Positions 50,712-63,812 of a stretch of 64,000 nt of DNA are shown here, piece after piece. The notes under the pieces are model-generated. The model was not told where the DNA came from and searched no databases. It saw only the letters and a program-made list of their open reading frames with translations. Position numbers and translations under genes: made by a program. The stretch comes from Gekko japonicus (lineage: Eukaryota): positions 271,734 through 335,733 of the forward strand of contig NW_015167062.1 of NCBI RefSeq assembly GCF_001447785.1. Direction: 5' to 3'. Each line of letters starts with the position of its first letter. Positions within the stretch are counted from its first letter, which is position 1.

Positions 50712-51129
50712 CAGAGGTCATTTCAGGGGGGTCGCGGGGGATCACAGTTCCCCCGGGTGAGGTACAGGGGCAGGGCACATAATGAAGCCCTGCCCCCTGC
50801 TTCCGGCCGCCCTGCTTCCAGCCCTCATTCAGCCAGAAGGAGGCAGGAGAAGAGGGAGGGTAAGTTGCTTCCTCCCTGCCTCTCCTCATCCCTGCCTGGC
50901 TGGGGCCAGGGAGGGCCTTGGCGGGGCTTCCTTGCACTCCCGCCGGCCTTGCAGGTCCACCTCATGGGGCTCGGCAGTGGAGCTGCAAGACCGGTGGCGG
51001 CGGCCGGGACCGTTGGGGGCGGGGTGTGTGGCCTTATGACACACTTCCGGTGATGTCAGGGGGTGTGACATATGCTAATGTGTTATGCTAATGAGTTCCC
51101 CTAGCTCTTTTTCTACGAAACGACCCCTG
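50712..51129. mobile_element. hAT MITE with GC-rich cargo
   Basis: TIR cagaggtcatttc / gaaacgacccctg; perfect 8-bp TSD GACACAGG. Confidence 0.9.
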
Positions 51130-51906
51130 GACACAGGCACACACAAAAACATAAATGTGATAAATTTGTTTTGCTAAATAAATAATAAGGGCGTGGAGGG
51201 CGGGGTATAAATACAAAAATTAAAAAAATAAAATAAAACAGCTTTGTTCCACAAACCCTAGTAAATCTCTGACATATCAAATCCCAGTTTGTGCACAAAA
51301 CTAAGTTTGTTTGTTCCCTGCCTCCTTTTTCGCCTTCCATCTTCCACATCTCCTCCTTCTTCTGCCATCTCTGTGACCAGGCAGCCACAAGGGTCAGTGG
51401 TCTCAACAAAGAGTGGCTTGTTAATTTAGATGGCTCAACGAACCACAATTGGTGCAAACTTTTGTTAACATACAAGTCAGAGTTCCTCTTCTGAAATCAC
51501 AGTTTTGATTCCAGCAACTACATGTGGATTGATTACTACATTCAGAGAGGGGTTTGCTAAAATTTTGGTTTAAAATTAATGGGTTAGCATGATGTCTGCA
51601 TGCAGCCTCTCTGTGTGAGTGTGTGCATGAGCATTACAGCCTTTAACTCCACATTTCTGGTTCTGTAAGATAAAAATGCTTGCATCCTCTGATTTTTCTT
51701 TTTCTCAATTTATTTATTTGATTGTTTACTTTATTTATAATTCAGCTTTCAGCTGAGACTCCAAGACCATTACATCATTTTTCTTTAAAAATGCAGTAAA
51801 ACAGTATAATATATATAAAAAACTATATTAGAAAATTAGAGAACTCCCTCCTGATCAATTCCGTTTTACCCATTGTACAGAATGAAAGACCTGTGGGAGC
51901 CTAGTA

Positions 51907-52344
51907 CAGGGGTATTGAACATGTGGCCCAGGGGCCAGATCAGGCCCCTGGAGAGCTTCTATCACGCCCGCAGTGGACCTGGCTGTCTTCTGCTTCTTTT
52001 TCCAGTTCTGCTACTGCTGCATCATCGTAGGTTTGCAGCTTACAGATACACACCTGAACAGCATACTCAAGATTGCAACAGCACAGATATTTTGATGCAA
52101 TAATTCAGAGCAAGAGGTGTCAGTTATCAGACACTGTTAAATAAACAAAATATCGCAAGAGTGCTAATGTTTTAAGCATGTTTTTCTTTTAAGTAAAAAA
52201 AAAACAACCCTTTGTGTTTGTGTCCTTTATAAAGTTTATATCTCCACTACCAGGCATTACATTTTATGATACACATGGCCCGGCCCAATGAGGTTCCATT
52301 TATGTCAGGTCTGGCTCTCATAACAAATGAGTTTGACACCCCTG
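51907..52344. mobile_element. hAT-Charlie-like MITE
   Basis: caggggtattgaac / gtttgacacccctg; TSD GCCTAGTA/GCGTAGCA. Confidence 0.8.
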
Positions 52345-53210
52345 GCGTAGCAGTTACTAGCTTCCCATTCTTCTTTTTAAAGGCAATCATATTTTGGTTA
52401 GAAAATTATATGTACAAAATGAACAATCCTCATCACTTAAAGGACTAGAAAGAGAGAGATGCTAGGAACTTTATAGCAAATGTGTTTAGCAGTGGAACAT
52501 ACTGTTTTAAACATCTGCAAGCACTTGTGAGCTGAGCCTCATATCTCTTCACCTTGCAGCTGTTTGACTTGAGCAGTGCATTGGACAGCTTTGTGAATAC
52601 ATAGGTGTTACAGTGGTGAAATTTCACTTCCTTTCTCTTTCGAGCCACTTTTCCAACTAAACAGTGGGTGAAATTAATTTTCCCCCAGAGAAATGGATGG
52701 TGGGGTCAGGTACTGTAATAACACCAGGGGGTGGAAAACTATAACTATCGGTGGTCCCTCCTTCCTGCCCACTGATTTAATTGTTGTTTTTACATCTTTG
52801 TATGTATTTTAGTTCTGGTTTAGTTGTTTTAATGATGCTGTTGTGAGATGAAAGGCAGATGAGCAAGATATTCTGTGACAGTTATGGAGATGGAAGGCCA
52901 AGTTGGCTTCTCACAGACTGGCAGCTTATGAGAAAGATATGCTTCACCAGATAGAGAGGGTTGTTTACAACCTAAAGGGAAAACATGCTAGCTCTTCAAC
53001 ATGTTAACACCTCTTAAATTGAGGGACAATGTGACCGGCTGGAGCCCAGGGACCTGGCCTATGAAGCCATATGGGACAGGGGCTTAAAAAGGAACTGTTC
53101 CTTTATGTGGTTGTTATTGGAGGTCGTGTTGTCACTGATTGCAATGAGAGATGATAGAGGAAAGTGATACAGGAACATGCTTTCAGGTGTGACCCCGGCT
53201 GGTGCACCAG

Positions 53211-53490
53211 GAGAGCTAGTTTGGTGTAGTGGTTAGGAGTGCAGACTCTAATCTGGAAGAATTGGGTTTGATTCCCCACTCCTCCACATGCAGCTGTTGG
53301 TGTGACCTTGGGGCAGTCACAGTTCTCTCAGAGCTGTTCTCTCATGAGCAGTACTTGAAAGAGCTCTCTCAGCCCCACCTACCTCACAGGGTGTCTGTTG
53401 TGGGGAGGTAAGGGTAAGCAGATTGTAAGGCACTCTGAGACTCCTTCGGGTAGTGAAGGATAGGGTATAAATCTAATCTCTTCTTCTTTT
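53211..53490 (+). mobile_element. Squam3-type SINE, inside a probable LTR remnant (~52874-53709)
   Basis: gagagctagtttggtgtagtggttagg ... tcttcttc. Confidence 0.88.
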
Positions 53491-55339
53491 ACTCTGCAAC
53501 CAGCACCCAATCTCCCTCCAAGGCTGGATCAGATGTTCTAGGATTGTAAATTAACTAGACAGTAATCTTTCTTTCATGTTCTTTATTTTGCTTAGCTGGA
53601 CCTAGTACTGTCTTGTAGTTACCAAGGAGTTGTGCCTTGTAGTAATAAAGTTGTTTAAGAGTCTTGCACACTTCCCTACCCTCTGCCTTGGGTACTTGGA
53701 AGTGTGACAATAAGATTCCTTTTGGGCTTCATTCCCTGGATGGCACCAAGTCAAAGGGGTAGATTTTCAGACCTGGGGGTGGTGGCAAGCTTCCAGAGAC
53801 AAGGGAGGGCCAGAGACATCTTTCTGCCCAAAGTTTCCTGAGAGGTCCACATGTCAGAAAGAGGGAGAAAGTCTGGGGAAGAAAGAACCCTTTCATTTAA
53901 AGGCAGCAGAGCCATTCTGCTACACATGCATTGTTCTTCTTTTTGCTGTTTTTAATGGTTTTCAGTTGTGGTTTTTATTATGTCTTTTAATTTGTTATCC
54001 TTCTTGATGGCCTTTGTGAGGGCAATAAGGCTGGATACAGACTTTGTAAAATAAATTAAATAAATAAAGACCACAGGGCTGTGCAAACTGATATGGATCC
54101 AGACAGACTGGCAGCCCCTTCTGCTGATTAGGCAGCAATAGATGAACACCAAGTGATGAAACTTTTAAAAAGAAAACAGTACACTATTATCTCCCTTATA
54201 AATAAAAGGCAAATGGTGGTGGCACTTCTCTAGAACATTCCACACGCTCCAAAATCAGTTCGCTCTCTGATCTGTCATTCAGAGGATCTCCCTATCCACT
54301 GGCTGCTTTGCCTGAGTCCTGCCTCCAACATTCTAAACATTTTACTGTTCCTCTCCCCCCCATACCCAATCAGAACACAGAGGTTATTTGCATATGCAGC
54401 CTCATTGGCCTTTGTCTCGGAACACAGAGGTCGTTTGCATATGCGACTTGATTGGCTTTTGCCTCTAACATTCTAAACAGTTTTCTGTTCTGAGGTAAAA
54501 TGTGTCCAATCTCCAGGTGAGGGCTGGAGATCCCTCAAAATTTCAACTGCTTTCCAGATGGCAGAGATCAGTTCCCCTGCAGAAAATGGTGGGCTCTGTA
54601 TCCTTATATGCTGCTGAGGTGGCCCCCGTATGACGGCCAATGTGACGTAGCAGTCAGGGCTTCAGAGCACGGGAGAGGCTGCAAGTGTGTGGGGGGTGGA
54701 AAGCTGAAGAGTGAGGGGGAAATAAAGGTAGGTTGATGATTGGGTGGGAAGGAGATAAGGTTGCCAACTCCAGGTGAGAAATTCCTGGAGATGTGAGGGA
54801 TGGAGTCTGGAGAGGGTGAGGTTTCAGGAGGCGTGGGACCTCGGACAGGTACAAAGCCATAGACCCCACCCTACAAACCAACTATTCCCTTCTGTGGAAT
54901 CATCGTTGCCAATCTCCAGGTGAGGGCTGGAGATCACTCAAAATTACAACCTTTAGGTAGTAGAGATCAGTTCATCTGGAGAAAATGGTGGACTCAGTGT
55001 CATTATACCCTGCTGAGGTCACCACAGCAAATTGGCACTGAGTGTCCAAGGCCGGGGCACCTGCCCAGAGCCTCTTTCTAGAGGTTGTTGTATTTATTTC
55101 CACAATGGGCCTTTTCCCTAGTTTCTATATAACTAACATTTGTTGTTCATTCTTCGTTTAAACAATTAGTGGCAGAATGGGGTGAGTCAGTGATGGGGAG
55201 GTAGTGCATACAGTGTATGTGAAGAAAGTAACCTGATGAAAGCAACCTGAACTGGCCACTGAACAATCAGGAGGGTTGCCAGGTATCCCTGGCAACCAGC
55301 GGAGGTGATGTGGTGTGGGACTTTCAGGGAGTAACTAGA

Positions 55340-56395
55340 GGCTTAGGCCTCATATTACTGCTGCTAAGAAGCTGGCATCAATACATTCATCTGCCCTCTT
55401 AAATTTTTTCCAAACAATGGGCGGTAACTTTTTACCTGCTGCCATTCGTGCTTATCATGCAAAAGTGGTTTCCCAATTACTTATTTATTACTAGGGTCAA
55501 TGACAAGTTAGACTCCTGTTTAACCTCTTTTCTTCATTCTCTGTCTAATCTCCCCTCATGTGTGTCTGGTCCAGCTATTCGTGTGGAATTTGCTGAGCAG
55601 TCCTTAGAAGCAAAGGCTTGGAAGGCAACTTTTTTCTTTAGGCTAAAAAGACTCTATTCCCTAGAGGGATGTTTTTTGCCCCTTTTAGCTAAGGACAGTT
55701 TTCGAAGTTCATGGCTGAAACTGGTTGATGGCAGATTACAAAGTTTAGGATTTCTCCCTGAATCAAGTAGACTACCGTTCTGTGTGGAAGCAAATTAAAT
55801 CTAATGTTTTATGCTTAGATAAATGGAGTACAAGTTGCTGAGCTCGACGGGTCTGTTCTTTGTATTATTTAGGTCTTCCAATTCCAGAATCTTTGCCCGC
55901 TTACTGTAAATCTTTGATGGTCCCCAAATATAGAATATTGCTTTCCAAGGCAAGATTAAATGTTTTGCCTCTTGGGGAACTAGCGGGCAGATTCCTAGGG
56001 ACCCATTTTTCAGAACGACTTTGTAATTGTAATTCAGGTGATTTGGATACAATTTGGCATTTTTTTCATTGATTGCAGAAAACACAATATGACTCGTGAC
56101 AGATGGATCTCTGTATATTCAAAAATGGAACCCTGCTACTAATAAGGAACTTGTAGCTAATCTCTTAGTTTAGATGTGATGTTGGCAGTGGCAAAGTTTT
56201 TATCTGTAACCCTGGGTGGTATTAAATGAATTAACTCTTTTAGGCAGTTAATATATATTTGGTAACCAAATTGCTTAATTTTGCGAAATTGTAACTGTAA
56301 TTGTAATGTACTGTATGTATAGATGTTGTATTTTGTATTATATACTATTTGCTTATGATTTATGGGTCTATAAGCAATAAAAATGAATGGATGGA
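55340..56395 (+). mobile_element. RTEX-like LINE 3' fragment with C-terminal CCHC-type motif
   Basis: KYRILLSKARLNVLPL...GRFLG...ERLCNCNSGDLDTIWHF; AATAAA at 56376. Confidence 0.65.
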
Positions 56396-56884
56396 AATAG
56401 AGACTTAGACCGGCATTGCCCAGCAATGTGGTGATGGAACTTCCAGTGTGCATCAGAAGTGATGTCATCACATCTCCAATGATGTGGGGCCACGCTGGTA
56501 TTTGGGAAAAAAACTTTATGGTAGAAGTTATTTTTGTCATAGAGTTTTTGCCCAAATACCAGAGCATCCCTGCATCACCGTGACATCACTATGTTGCTGA
56601 CAATGCAGGCCTAGGACTCTTTTTGTTGCCATTAAAGTCCCCCACTGGTCAGCTGATTGGCACTGTGGGGGGAGGGACCCTGGAGCAGGGGATTCCCGAC
56701 CCCCAATGAGGGCCTGGTTACCCTCATCAGCTCCCTGTGTGCAACATGCAGGGACTACCTGAAATGACTGGTGCCCAAGCAGCTCTACACATAAGCCCCT
56801 TGGAATTTCTCCAGTGAGGTTACAACATAGCAGTTTGTTTCTAGGTGTGAGGCAATCATATATCATGAGGTAATATTCAATGGT

Positions 56885-57092
56885 CTTGTCCTGGATGGCC
56901 CAGGACGGCCCAGTCTCATCAGATCTCAGAAGCTAAGCAGGGTCGGCCCTTGTTAGTATTTGGATGGGAGATTACCAAGGAAGTCCAGGGTTGCTACGTA
57001 GAGGCAGGCAATAGCAAACTACTTCTGAACATCTCTTGCCTTGAAAACCCATAAGTCGACTGAAACGTACTGGCACTTTCCACCATCACCAA
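56885..57092 (+). mobile_element. 5S rRNA-derived SINE (SINE3-type)
   Basis: tctcatcagatctcagaagctaagcagggtcggccc..gttagtatttggatgggaga matches the 5S rRNA internal control region, followed by an RTE-like tail. Confidence 0.85.
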
Positions 57093-57299
57093 TGTTCAAT
57101 GACACACTTGTAGGAAAGTAGTTACTTAAAATATCCTTCCAAATGATATGAGAATTTTACCACCCTCTTGTTCCCATAAATTTATGATGTAGTCTGGGCA
57201 TTCAGATCCCCCCCCCCATTTTTTAAAATAATGTTTGCAGTTATTTTGCTTTTGCCATTGCTCCCCCCCTTTATTGCCAGCAACCCCCCCAACAGTTCA

Positions 57300-58010
57300 T
57301 GACATGAGATCTGAACTTTGCTTCAGGCCTCTTTTTATGATCTTTGACATCTTAATTTTGTTCTGCAAAGAAATGTCCTCCCACCTTGCTGGACAAAACC
57401 TTGGGAAGTTGAGCTGGAACCTTTCACATATGAAGCATGGTAAGATTTGGGTGGGGGAAAGAAAGAAATGGAGATTGATACCATTTCATAAGCCGCTCTT
57501 CTTAATGAAACTCTGCCCCGTTCTTCACCTCTGGTTGTAATAAAGAGGATGAGGCTCTTTGTAGTTTATTCTAAAGGGAATAGACTTGTATCGATTTATG
57601 AGTGTGAGAGGCAATGATGGATTGCATTAGAGAGTAATATATGGAGGGGAATACCCCCCAGATAGCTTTTTTTACCATCAAAGAGTGGAGGAGATTGCTT
57701 CACCTCCATCTACTGTATGCAGAGAAAATAATCTTTCTGATGCTGGTGTTAGTTTGTGTCACACACAAATCTTATATACTGCATAAGGAAAGCATTGTAA
57801 ATAATACTCCATTAACAATCACCTCTTGGCTTACACAAGATTCTCCTCTTTACTTAGAATGCCCACCACACTTTGCAATTCACAGCTTTACTAGCGTTAC
57901 TGATAAGTAGAGATCTGCAAAACCCACTACGTAAATTCCATTTTGAATTTAATTTTCCTGTCTCCCCAACAACATATATTATGAAAAAGCAGTTGCTCAA
58001 ATAAGCAATT
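57300..58010. promoter_or_regulatory. Candidate conserved non-coding element
   Basis: Unique motif-rich block (atcgatttatga, tgatggattg, ccattaacaat). Confidence 0.35.
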
Positions 58011-58651
58011 AGCTAGTTCCACCTACACCTTTGTCCTGCATGGCTATCTCAGTTACAGTTGCCAGATCTCCTCCCACTAACAACCCATCTGCCTGTCATT
58101 GTTTTGTCTGCTGGGGAGAGAAAAATGAAGAAAACTGCTATGGAAGGGTACACTTGCCTGTATCCAGCTGTTACAATGGGAATTCAGGAGGATCCCTCCG
58201 GGTTCTACAAGGAACTGACCCCAGCCACTAGGGAAGGAATGGAACGGTTTTTATTTATATATCAACAGCTTGGGCCTAGAGGCCATAACTACAACAAGTT
58301 CAGTAGCCATCTTAAAAAACAAGCAGCACAGCCTCTTCTTCCCAGACACCAACTCAGGCTTGGAAAATTCCTGAAGATTTGGGGGGCAATGCCTGGAGAG
58401 GGTCACTTGCAGAGAGGAGGAAACTCAATGACAGTGTGATGCCATACAAAGCTGCCATTTCTTCCAGGGGGACTGATCTGTGCAGTCCAGAGATCTGTAG
58501 TAATTCTGAAAGAAGTCCAACCCCCACCTGGACGTTGGTAATCATGTCCTTACCACACCAATGAGATCTATTCATGAGGCAATCCTCACAGAGCAGGACT
58601 TTCCCAATTCCCCCCCCCCCCGCTCACCAAATTCCCTCAATTTTGTTCCAC

Positions 58652-58846
58652 GAGACCCTGATGATGGGAAAGATTGATGGTAAAAGAAGAAGGGAATGGC
58701 GAAGGATGAGATGGTTAGACAGTGTTATCAATGCAACGAACATGAAATTAAGCAAACTCCGGAGCACTTTGGAAGACAGGAGAGCCTGGCATGATGTGGT
58801 TCATGGAGTCGCAAAGAGTCGGACTCGACTGTGCGACTGAACAACA
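58652..58846 (+). mobile_element. BovB (RTE) LINE 3' end
   Basis: TLMMGKIDGKRRR..RMRWLDSVINATNM.LSKL...DRRAWH..VHGVAKSRTRL followed by ctgaacaac. Confidence 0.9.
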
Positions 58847-59352
58847 GAGGTCGGTACTGCAAATCTGTCATCATGTTGCTTGCCTTTCCCCTTTCCCTGG
58901 TAATATATTCTTTTTGAGACAGGGCAACCAGAACTGTACCGAAATATTAAAATTGTGGATGTCCTCTAGATCTATACACCAGTTTGTCATAGTAGTTACT
59001 GGGCTGGAAAATCCAGGTACAAATCCTTGATCTGACATGGAAGCTTAGCAATATGGGTGACTTTGGGCCAATTATAGTAGGTTAAAATAAGAATACCTAA
59101 AGGACAGATATTTAGAATTACGTTTCACTGTCCCCTAATGTATTGTATAGTGGTATACATGAGGGAATTTCCAAACGTTTAATTATTCTACAAGCTATCG
59201 AAGGGGTACTGAAGTTAATTGTTCTTATCCTCTCCTATACTGTCTTGGTTATGTTTGAGGAAAATAACTTGTGTGCCCTATAACCAGATATGTCAAGAGG
59301 ATGGCACAATTTGCAAATAAAGTTTCTGTCTTTTCTTAGAAGGAGCTAAAAC

Positions 59353-59559
59353 TAGGATTACCAATGCTGGGTTGGGAAAGGTTTGGTGTTTTGAGAATGG
59401 ATCATGGAGAAAGCAGAGTTTGGGGAGGGGAGGGACCTCAGTGAAGTATATAATGCAATGCGATCCACCCTCCAAAGCATCCATTTTCTCCTTTTTAGTC
59501 TGGCAATCAGTTGTAATTCCAGGAGATCTCCAGGCACCACCTAAAGGTTGGCAACCCTA
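59353..59559. mobile_element. hAT MITE (TAGGGTTGCCA family) within a degraded minus-strand LINE
   Basis: taggattacca / tggcaacccta; TSD GCTAAAAC/GCTAAAAG. Confidence 0.8.
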
Positions 59560-60064
59560 GCTAAAAGGTCATTTTGCAAAGGCAACCCTAGCTTAAAGGT
59601 CATTTTGAAACTATCACACAGTTTATGTTGGGCACCGTCAGCAGGAAAATGATAACAGTTAACAATTTGTGTGTTTAGAGACAGACAGCAACTATCGGCC
59701 AAGTTTATGGTCTTTTACTGTAATCCTTAAATGGTCAGTTCTCCTGGTTCACTCTTCCATTAGTACACATTCCCCAAGTCTTTAGTTAGGACTTCTGGTA
59801 ACCATTTTAACAGAACCCCTAGTATGACCCTTTAGTTTTTCCACAAGCATAGGATGACTAAACTGTAAGTGTAAGCCTTTCCCAGGATCCATACTTGCCT
59901 CCTCAGAAGCCAGACTCTGAGATCTTAGATTTTCTAAATCAGCACCTTTAACAGTTAATCTCCATCTCACTGACAACAACAGTTTAATGTATTTTTACTG
60001 TAAACTCCCCTCTCTAAATCAATTTACCAATAATCCCTAGCATAGTACCTTTTTTAAAAAACTG

Positions 60065-61630
60065 CTGCTGGGAGAGAAGGTGTCCTCTAGATACCCCCTA
60101 ATGTGTGGGGTCCCTCAGGAGGCACTTTCTGATGTCATTTAACATCTATATGCACCCCCTTACCCAGCAGGCATGGAGTTCTGGCTTTGGTGTCACCAGT
60201 ATGCTGATGACACCCAGCTGTATCTGTTCTTGGATGGCCACACAGATTCCGCTCCCCAAAATCTGGCCATGGGTTTGGAGGCGGTGGTGGGGTGGTTAAA
60301 AAAGAGCAGACTGAGACTGAACCCAATGAAGACAGAGGTTCGGTGGCTGTAGCTGGGAGGGGGTTTCAGGCCTGAGGCATAGACTTCCTGTTCTTGACCG
60401 GGTGCCTTTGACACTGGTGCAGTCCATCAAAAGTTTGGGCATGATTTTGGATGCCTCCTTTTATATGGAGGCCCAAGTCACACATATTGCCAAGCTGCCA
60501 TTTTTCCATCTGTGTCAGGTTCAGCAATTGGCCCCTCTCCTGTCGCACCCTGACCTAGCCATGGTAATCCATGCAACAGTCACCTCCAGGTTAGACTACT
60601 GTAACTCACTCTATGCTGGCTTACCCTTGAGACTGAACCGGAAACTCCAGCTGATCCAGAATGCAGTGGCGCAAGTCCTGACAGAAATGTCATGGACAGC
60701 ACATATACAACCTGTGCTGCACCAGCTTCACTAAATCCAAACAAGGGGAAAAGACTAGTGTCACAGGAGTCCCAAATATACAAATTCCTCTAGTAGAAAA
60801 CACCATCAAAGATTGCCAAAACAATATATTAAACAATTATAAAGTTGGTGGTGTCACAACAACAACATTTATGCATACTGTAACTGTATTAAGGCATAAG
60901 ATACAATATTTCCTCCTTTGAAAATAAGACATAAAGTCCATGTACTCAGTGTAACTTGATAACTTGATAGGAGCCCACATAGTCATATCATATTCCAAAC
61001 AGCCTTTGCAAAGACACCCAATCGAGACATTTGGAAGATGCGTTTCCTTCCGTTTCAGCAGACCACGAGGTTCATAGTGTAAGGAGCGAAGCATAGGACT
61101 GTCTCCTCCAGTATGTCCCCGGGAGAGTGTCACAGTCCTTGGATAACAATCTGCTGGTGATCCCTGGACCCAAAGATACCCAGCTGTCCTCGACCAGGGC
61201 CAGGGCCTTTTCAGCCCTGGCCCCAACTTGGTGGAACTCTCTGCCATACAACATCAGGGCCCTGCAGTACCTTATGCAATTTCACAGAGCCTGTAAGGCA
61301 GAGATGTTCAGCCAGGCCTTTGGTTGAGGACAGTGATGGCTTCTATCTTGGCTGGGACCCTCCTCCTACTTCTCGTACTCTCTTTCCACCAGATTGTCTT
61401 ATTCATCCTCCCCATACCCACGAGGTGGCCACAGTCTGGAACTGGGAAGAAATTGTAATTTTGCCACTGGATCTTTTTAGATTGCTGGATTAGCATTATT
61501 TATGTACTTATGGTTTTAATGTTTTTGCTATGCGTTGTATATCGCCCAAATATAATAATAACAATAATAACAACAACAATAACAACAACAATAATAATAA
61601 CAACAACAACAACAATAATAATAATATTCA
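60065..61630 (+). mobile_element. L2 LINE 3' fragment with a ~340-bp AT-rich insertion (60734-61075) and (AAT/AAC)n tail
   Basis: YADDTQLY, VTSRLDYCNSLYAGLP, HIQPVLHQLH, RAFSALAPTWWNSLP. Confidence 0.88.
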
Positions 61631-62549
61631 TTCCAAATCTGATACTAAACGATTTGGATGAAAACTCTATTCTTAGCCATTGCTGCATTGTTGACAGCAA
61701 TGAAACTACTGAAGAGTGCATTAAGAGGAAATTCTAATATCTAAAGTTTCTCTCTCAGTCATGAAACATGGAGTAATAACTCACTGCTTTGTCATCTGCT
61801 ATATTTCAGTCTCGTTGACTAAATACCCTAATGTACAACTTCTTTCTTAAGAGCCTTCATTTGTTGAACAAAAGCACAGTAAATGGAACTAGTGTACACA
61901 TACATTTTTCTCTTTTGACACCTGCAATACAATGTGGGTCACACTAATTAATCAAATATTTAAGCATAGTGAGCAAGTTTGCATGTCTTTGAGAGAGCAA
62001 AGAATAGATGCCAAGATGTTTCACTCCATTCTTCCCCAATAAGTGCATGAGAATGTGGAAATAACAGTGGGAAGGATACATATAGTTAGACCCAACCATT
62101 TGTTCTTCAGAGGAGGAGGCCCCATTGATCACCCAAAAAGGCAACCCTGGAGATCATGGGATCTGCATATACAAAAGCAATGGGGGCTGCAGTAAGGAGG
62201 GGACCTGGATGAGATGGAATGAAAAAGCTGGTTAGACACAACCTAAAGGATGCAACAAGACAAAAAACAAAACAAAACCTGGAGACCTGTGACTGAATCT
62301 CCTTAATGGCAGCTGTGTGGAAAAGACTATTTAGATCAGGGGTATGGAGTGTTCATACTTTCCCTAAGAAAAACTAGACCTTCAAGCACTAAAATAGCCA
62401 TTTTCACACCAAAATTTACTGTCATGAAGGATTCAGTGCATCAGTTCTATTTTTGTTTCTCTCAGGTACCTATGATATTTTCATGGGTGTGGTATCAATC
62501 AACCAGTCAATCAGTTCTTTATTGGCATAGATAAGATGGAACATAACAT

Positions 62550-63000
62550 GCAGATTGCTTTAGGATTCCAGTAAAAGTAGGCCATATGGCTTCATATCTC
62601 CACTCCTTGCAAATCCCACAACAACATAGAGCTTTCTCTTTGGCCAGATTCAATGTTATGCCATCTGCAATTCTATATGGAAGATTCCATAAGGTACCAC
62701 ATTCAGCTAGATATTGTCCCTGTAAGTTGCATTGAAACAATTTCACATATTCCTTTATATTGTCCTTTTTATGTAGAAATGTGTACTAAAGATTTAAACT
62801 CTATAGGAAACACCTATAGGAAGAGCCATGCCAAATATGTTCAAACCAAAATGTATTTGGTCGTTCTAAACACTTTCTCGTGTTTGTCCCATCACTTTTG
62901 AAGTTTTACTTAGTTCTGTGAATAAGACTTATAAAAACCAAGACCTGTAGGTAAAGTTTAATACACTGAACTCAAATACTTATAAATGATGCTGTTATTC
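62550..63000 (+). mobile_element. RTEX-like LINE 3' fragment
   Basis: AFSLARFNVMPSAILYGRF...RYCPC and ETISHIPLYCPFY motifs. Confidence 0.6.
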
Positions 63001-63129
63001 AAGGACCTGGGCTACCAGATGGGCTCTTTGTTATGCATACATTGCTCATCTAATATGCTTTTTTACATCATTAAATACAGCAAAGGGCAGAAGTCTGCTT
63101 CCTCATTTCTTTTTTCTTATTATTTCAAG

Positions 63130-63192
63130 ATTTTTTATGTAAGCCGTCCTGAGCTGGCCTCGGCTGGGAGGGCGGGTAGAAATCTGACAAAA

Positions 63193-63223
<31 letters not shown>
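63130..63223 (+). mobile_element. L2 3' tail with (TAAA)n
   Basis: tgtaagccgtcctgagc...gggcgggtagaaatc followed by (TAAA)n. Confidence 0.8.
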
Positions 63224-63614
63224 CATGTAAATAGAATCGCAGCCTTAAACACTGTCTGAGCTCCTATCCTCATCCAGATCTATGTGGTTAACATTAAAAC
63301 ACAGAAACACATAGAAATTCCTCTTTAAACCATCATATCTAGAAGACCATGCTTGATGAAACAAAGCAGCTTCTTTAACATAAGGATGATTTCTTTGAGA
63401 TAATGGGGGGAGGGGGACAGCTTTGAGACCAAGATCTATTTCTGGTGAAGAAAAGGATATTGAGGCAAATTCTCCTTATGGTGTTTCCCCTTAATGTGAG
63501 ATTTTCCCCAGGTATTTCATTTTTACCTCCACCCCCAGCCTGGAAACTTTTCTATGCTTGCTAATTCTCAGCTGGATTGTGGCTGTTTTCTCTTTTTGCA
63601 CAGTTCTTAAGAGT

Positions 63615-63812
63615 GGCGGTGGTAGAAAGTACCCTCAAGTCACAGCTGACATGGTGACTTTATAGGGTTTTCAAGGCAAGAGACATTCAGAGGTAGTTTG
63701 CCATTGTTTGGCTCTGCATAACAACCCTGGACTTCCTTGGTGGTCTCCCATCCTAGTACAACCAGGGCTGACCCTGCTTAGCTTCTGAGGCTAGCCTGGG
63801 CCATCCAGATCA
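63615..63812 (-). mobile_element. 5S-derived SINE
   Basis: Reverse complement of 56885-57092. Confidence 0.8.

Noticed and set aside
51300-51480. Exon after a polypyrimidine tract (ccag|GCAGCC...)
   Set aside because: No good donor site and an unrecognised peptide.
56885-57000. 5S rRNA gene
   Set aside because: Diverged from 5S, lacks 5S termini, is fused to a LINE-like tail and is dispersed in multiple copies, so it is a SINE head.
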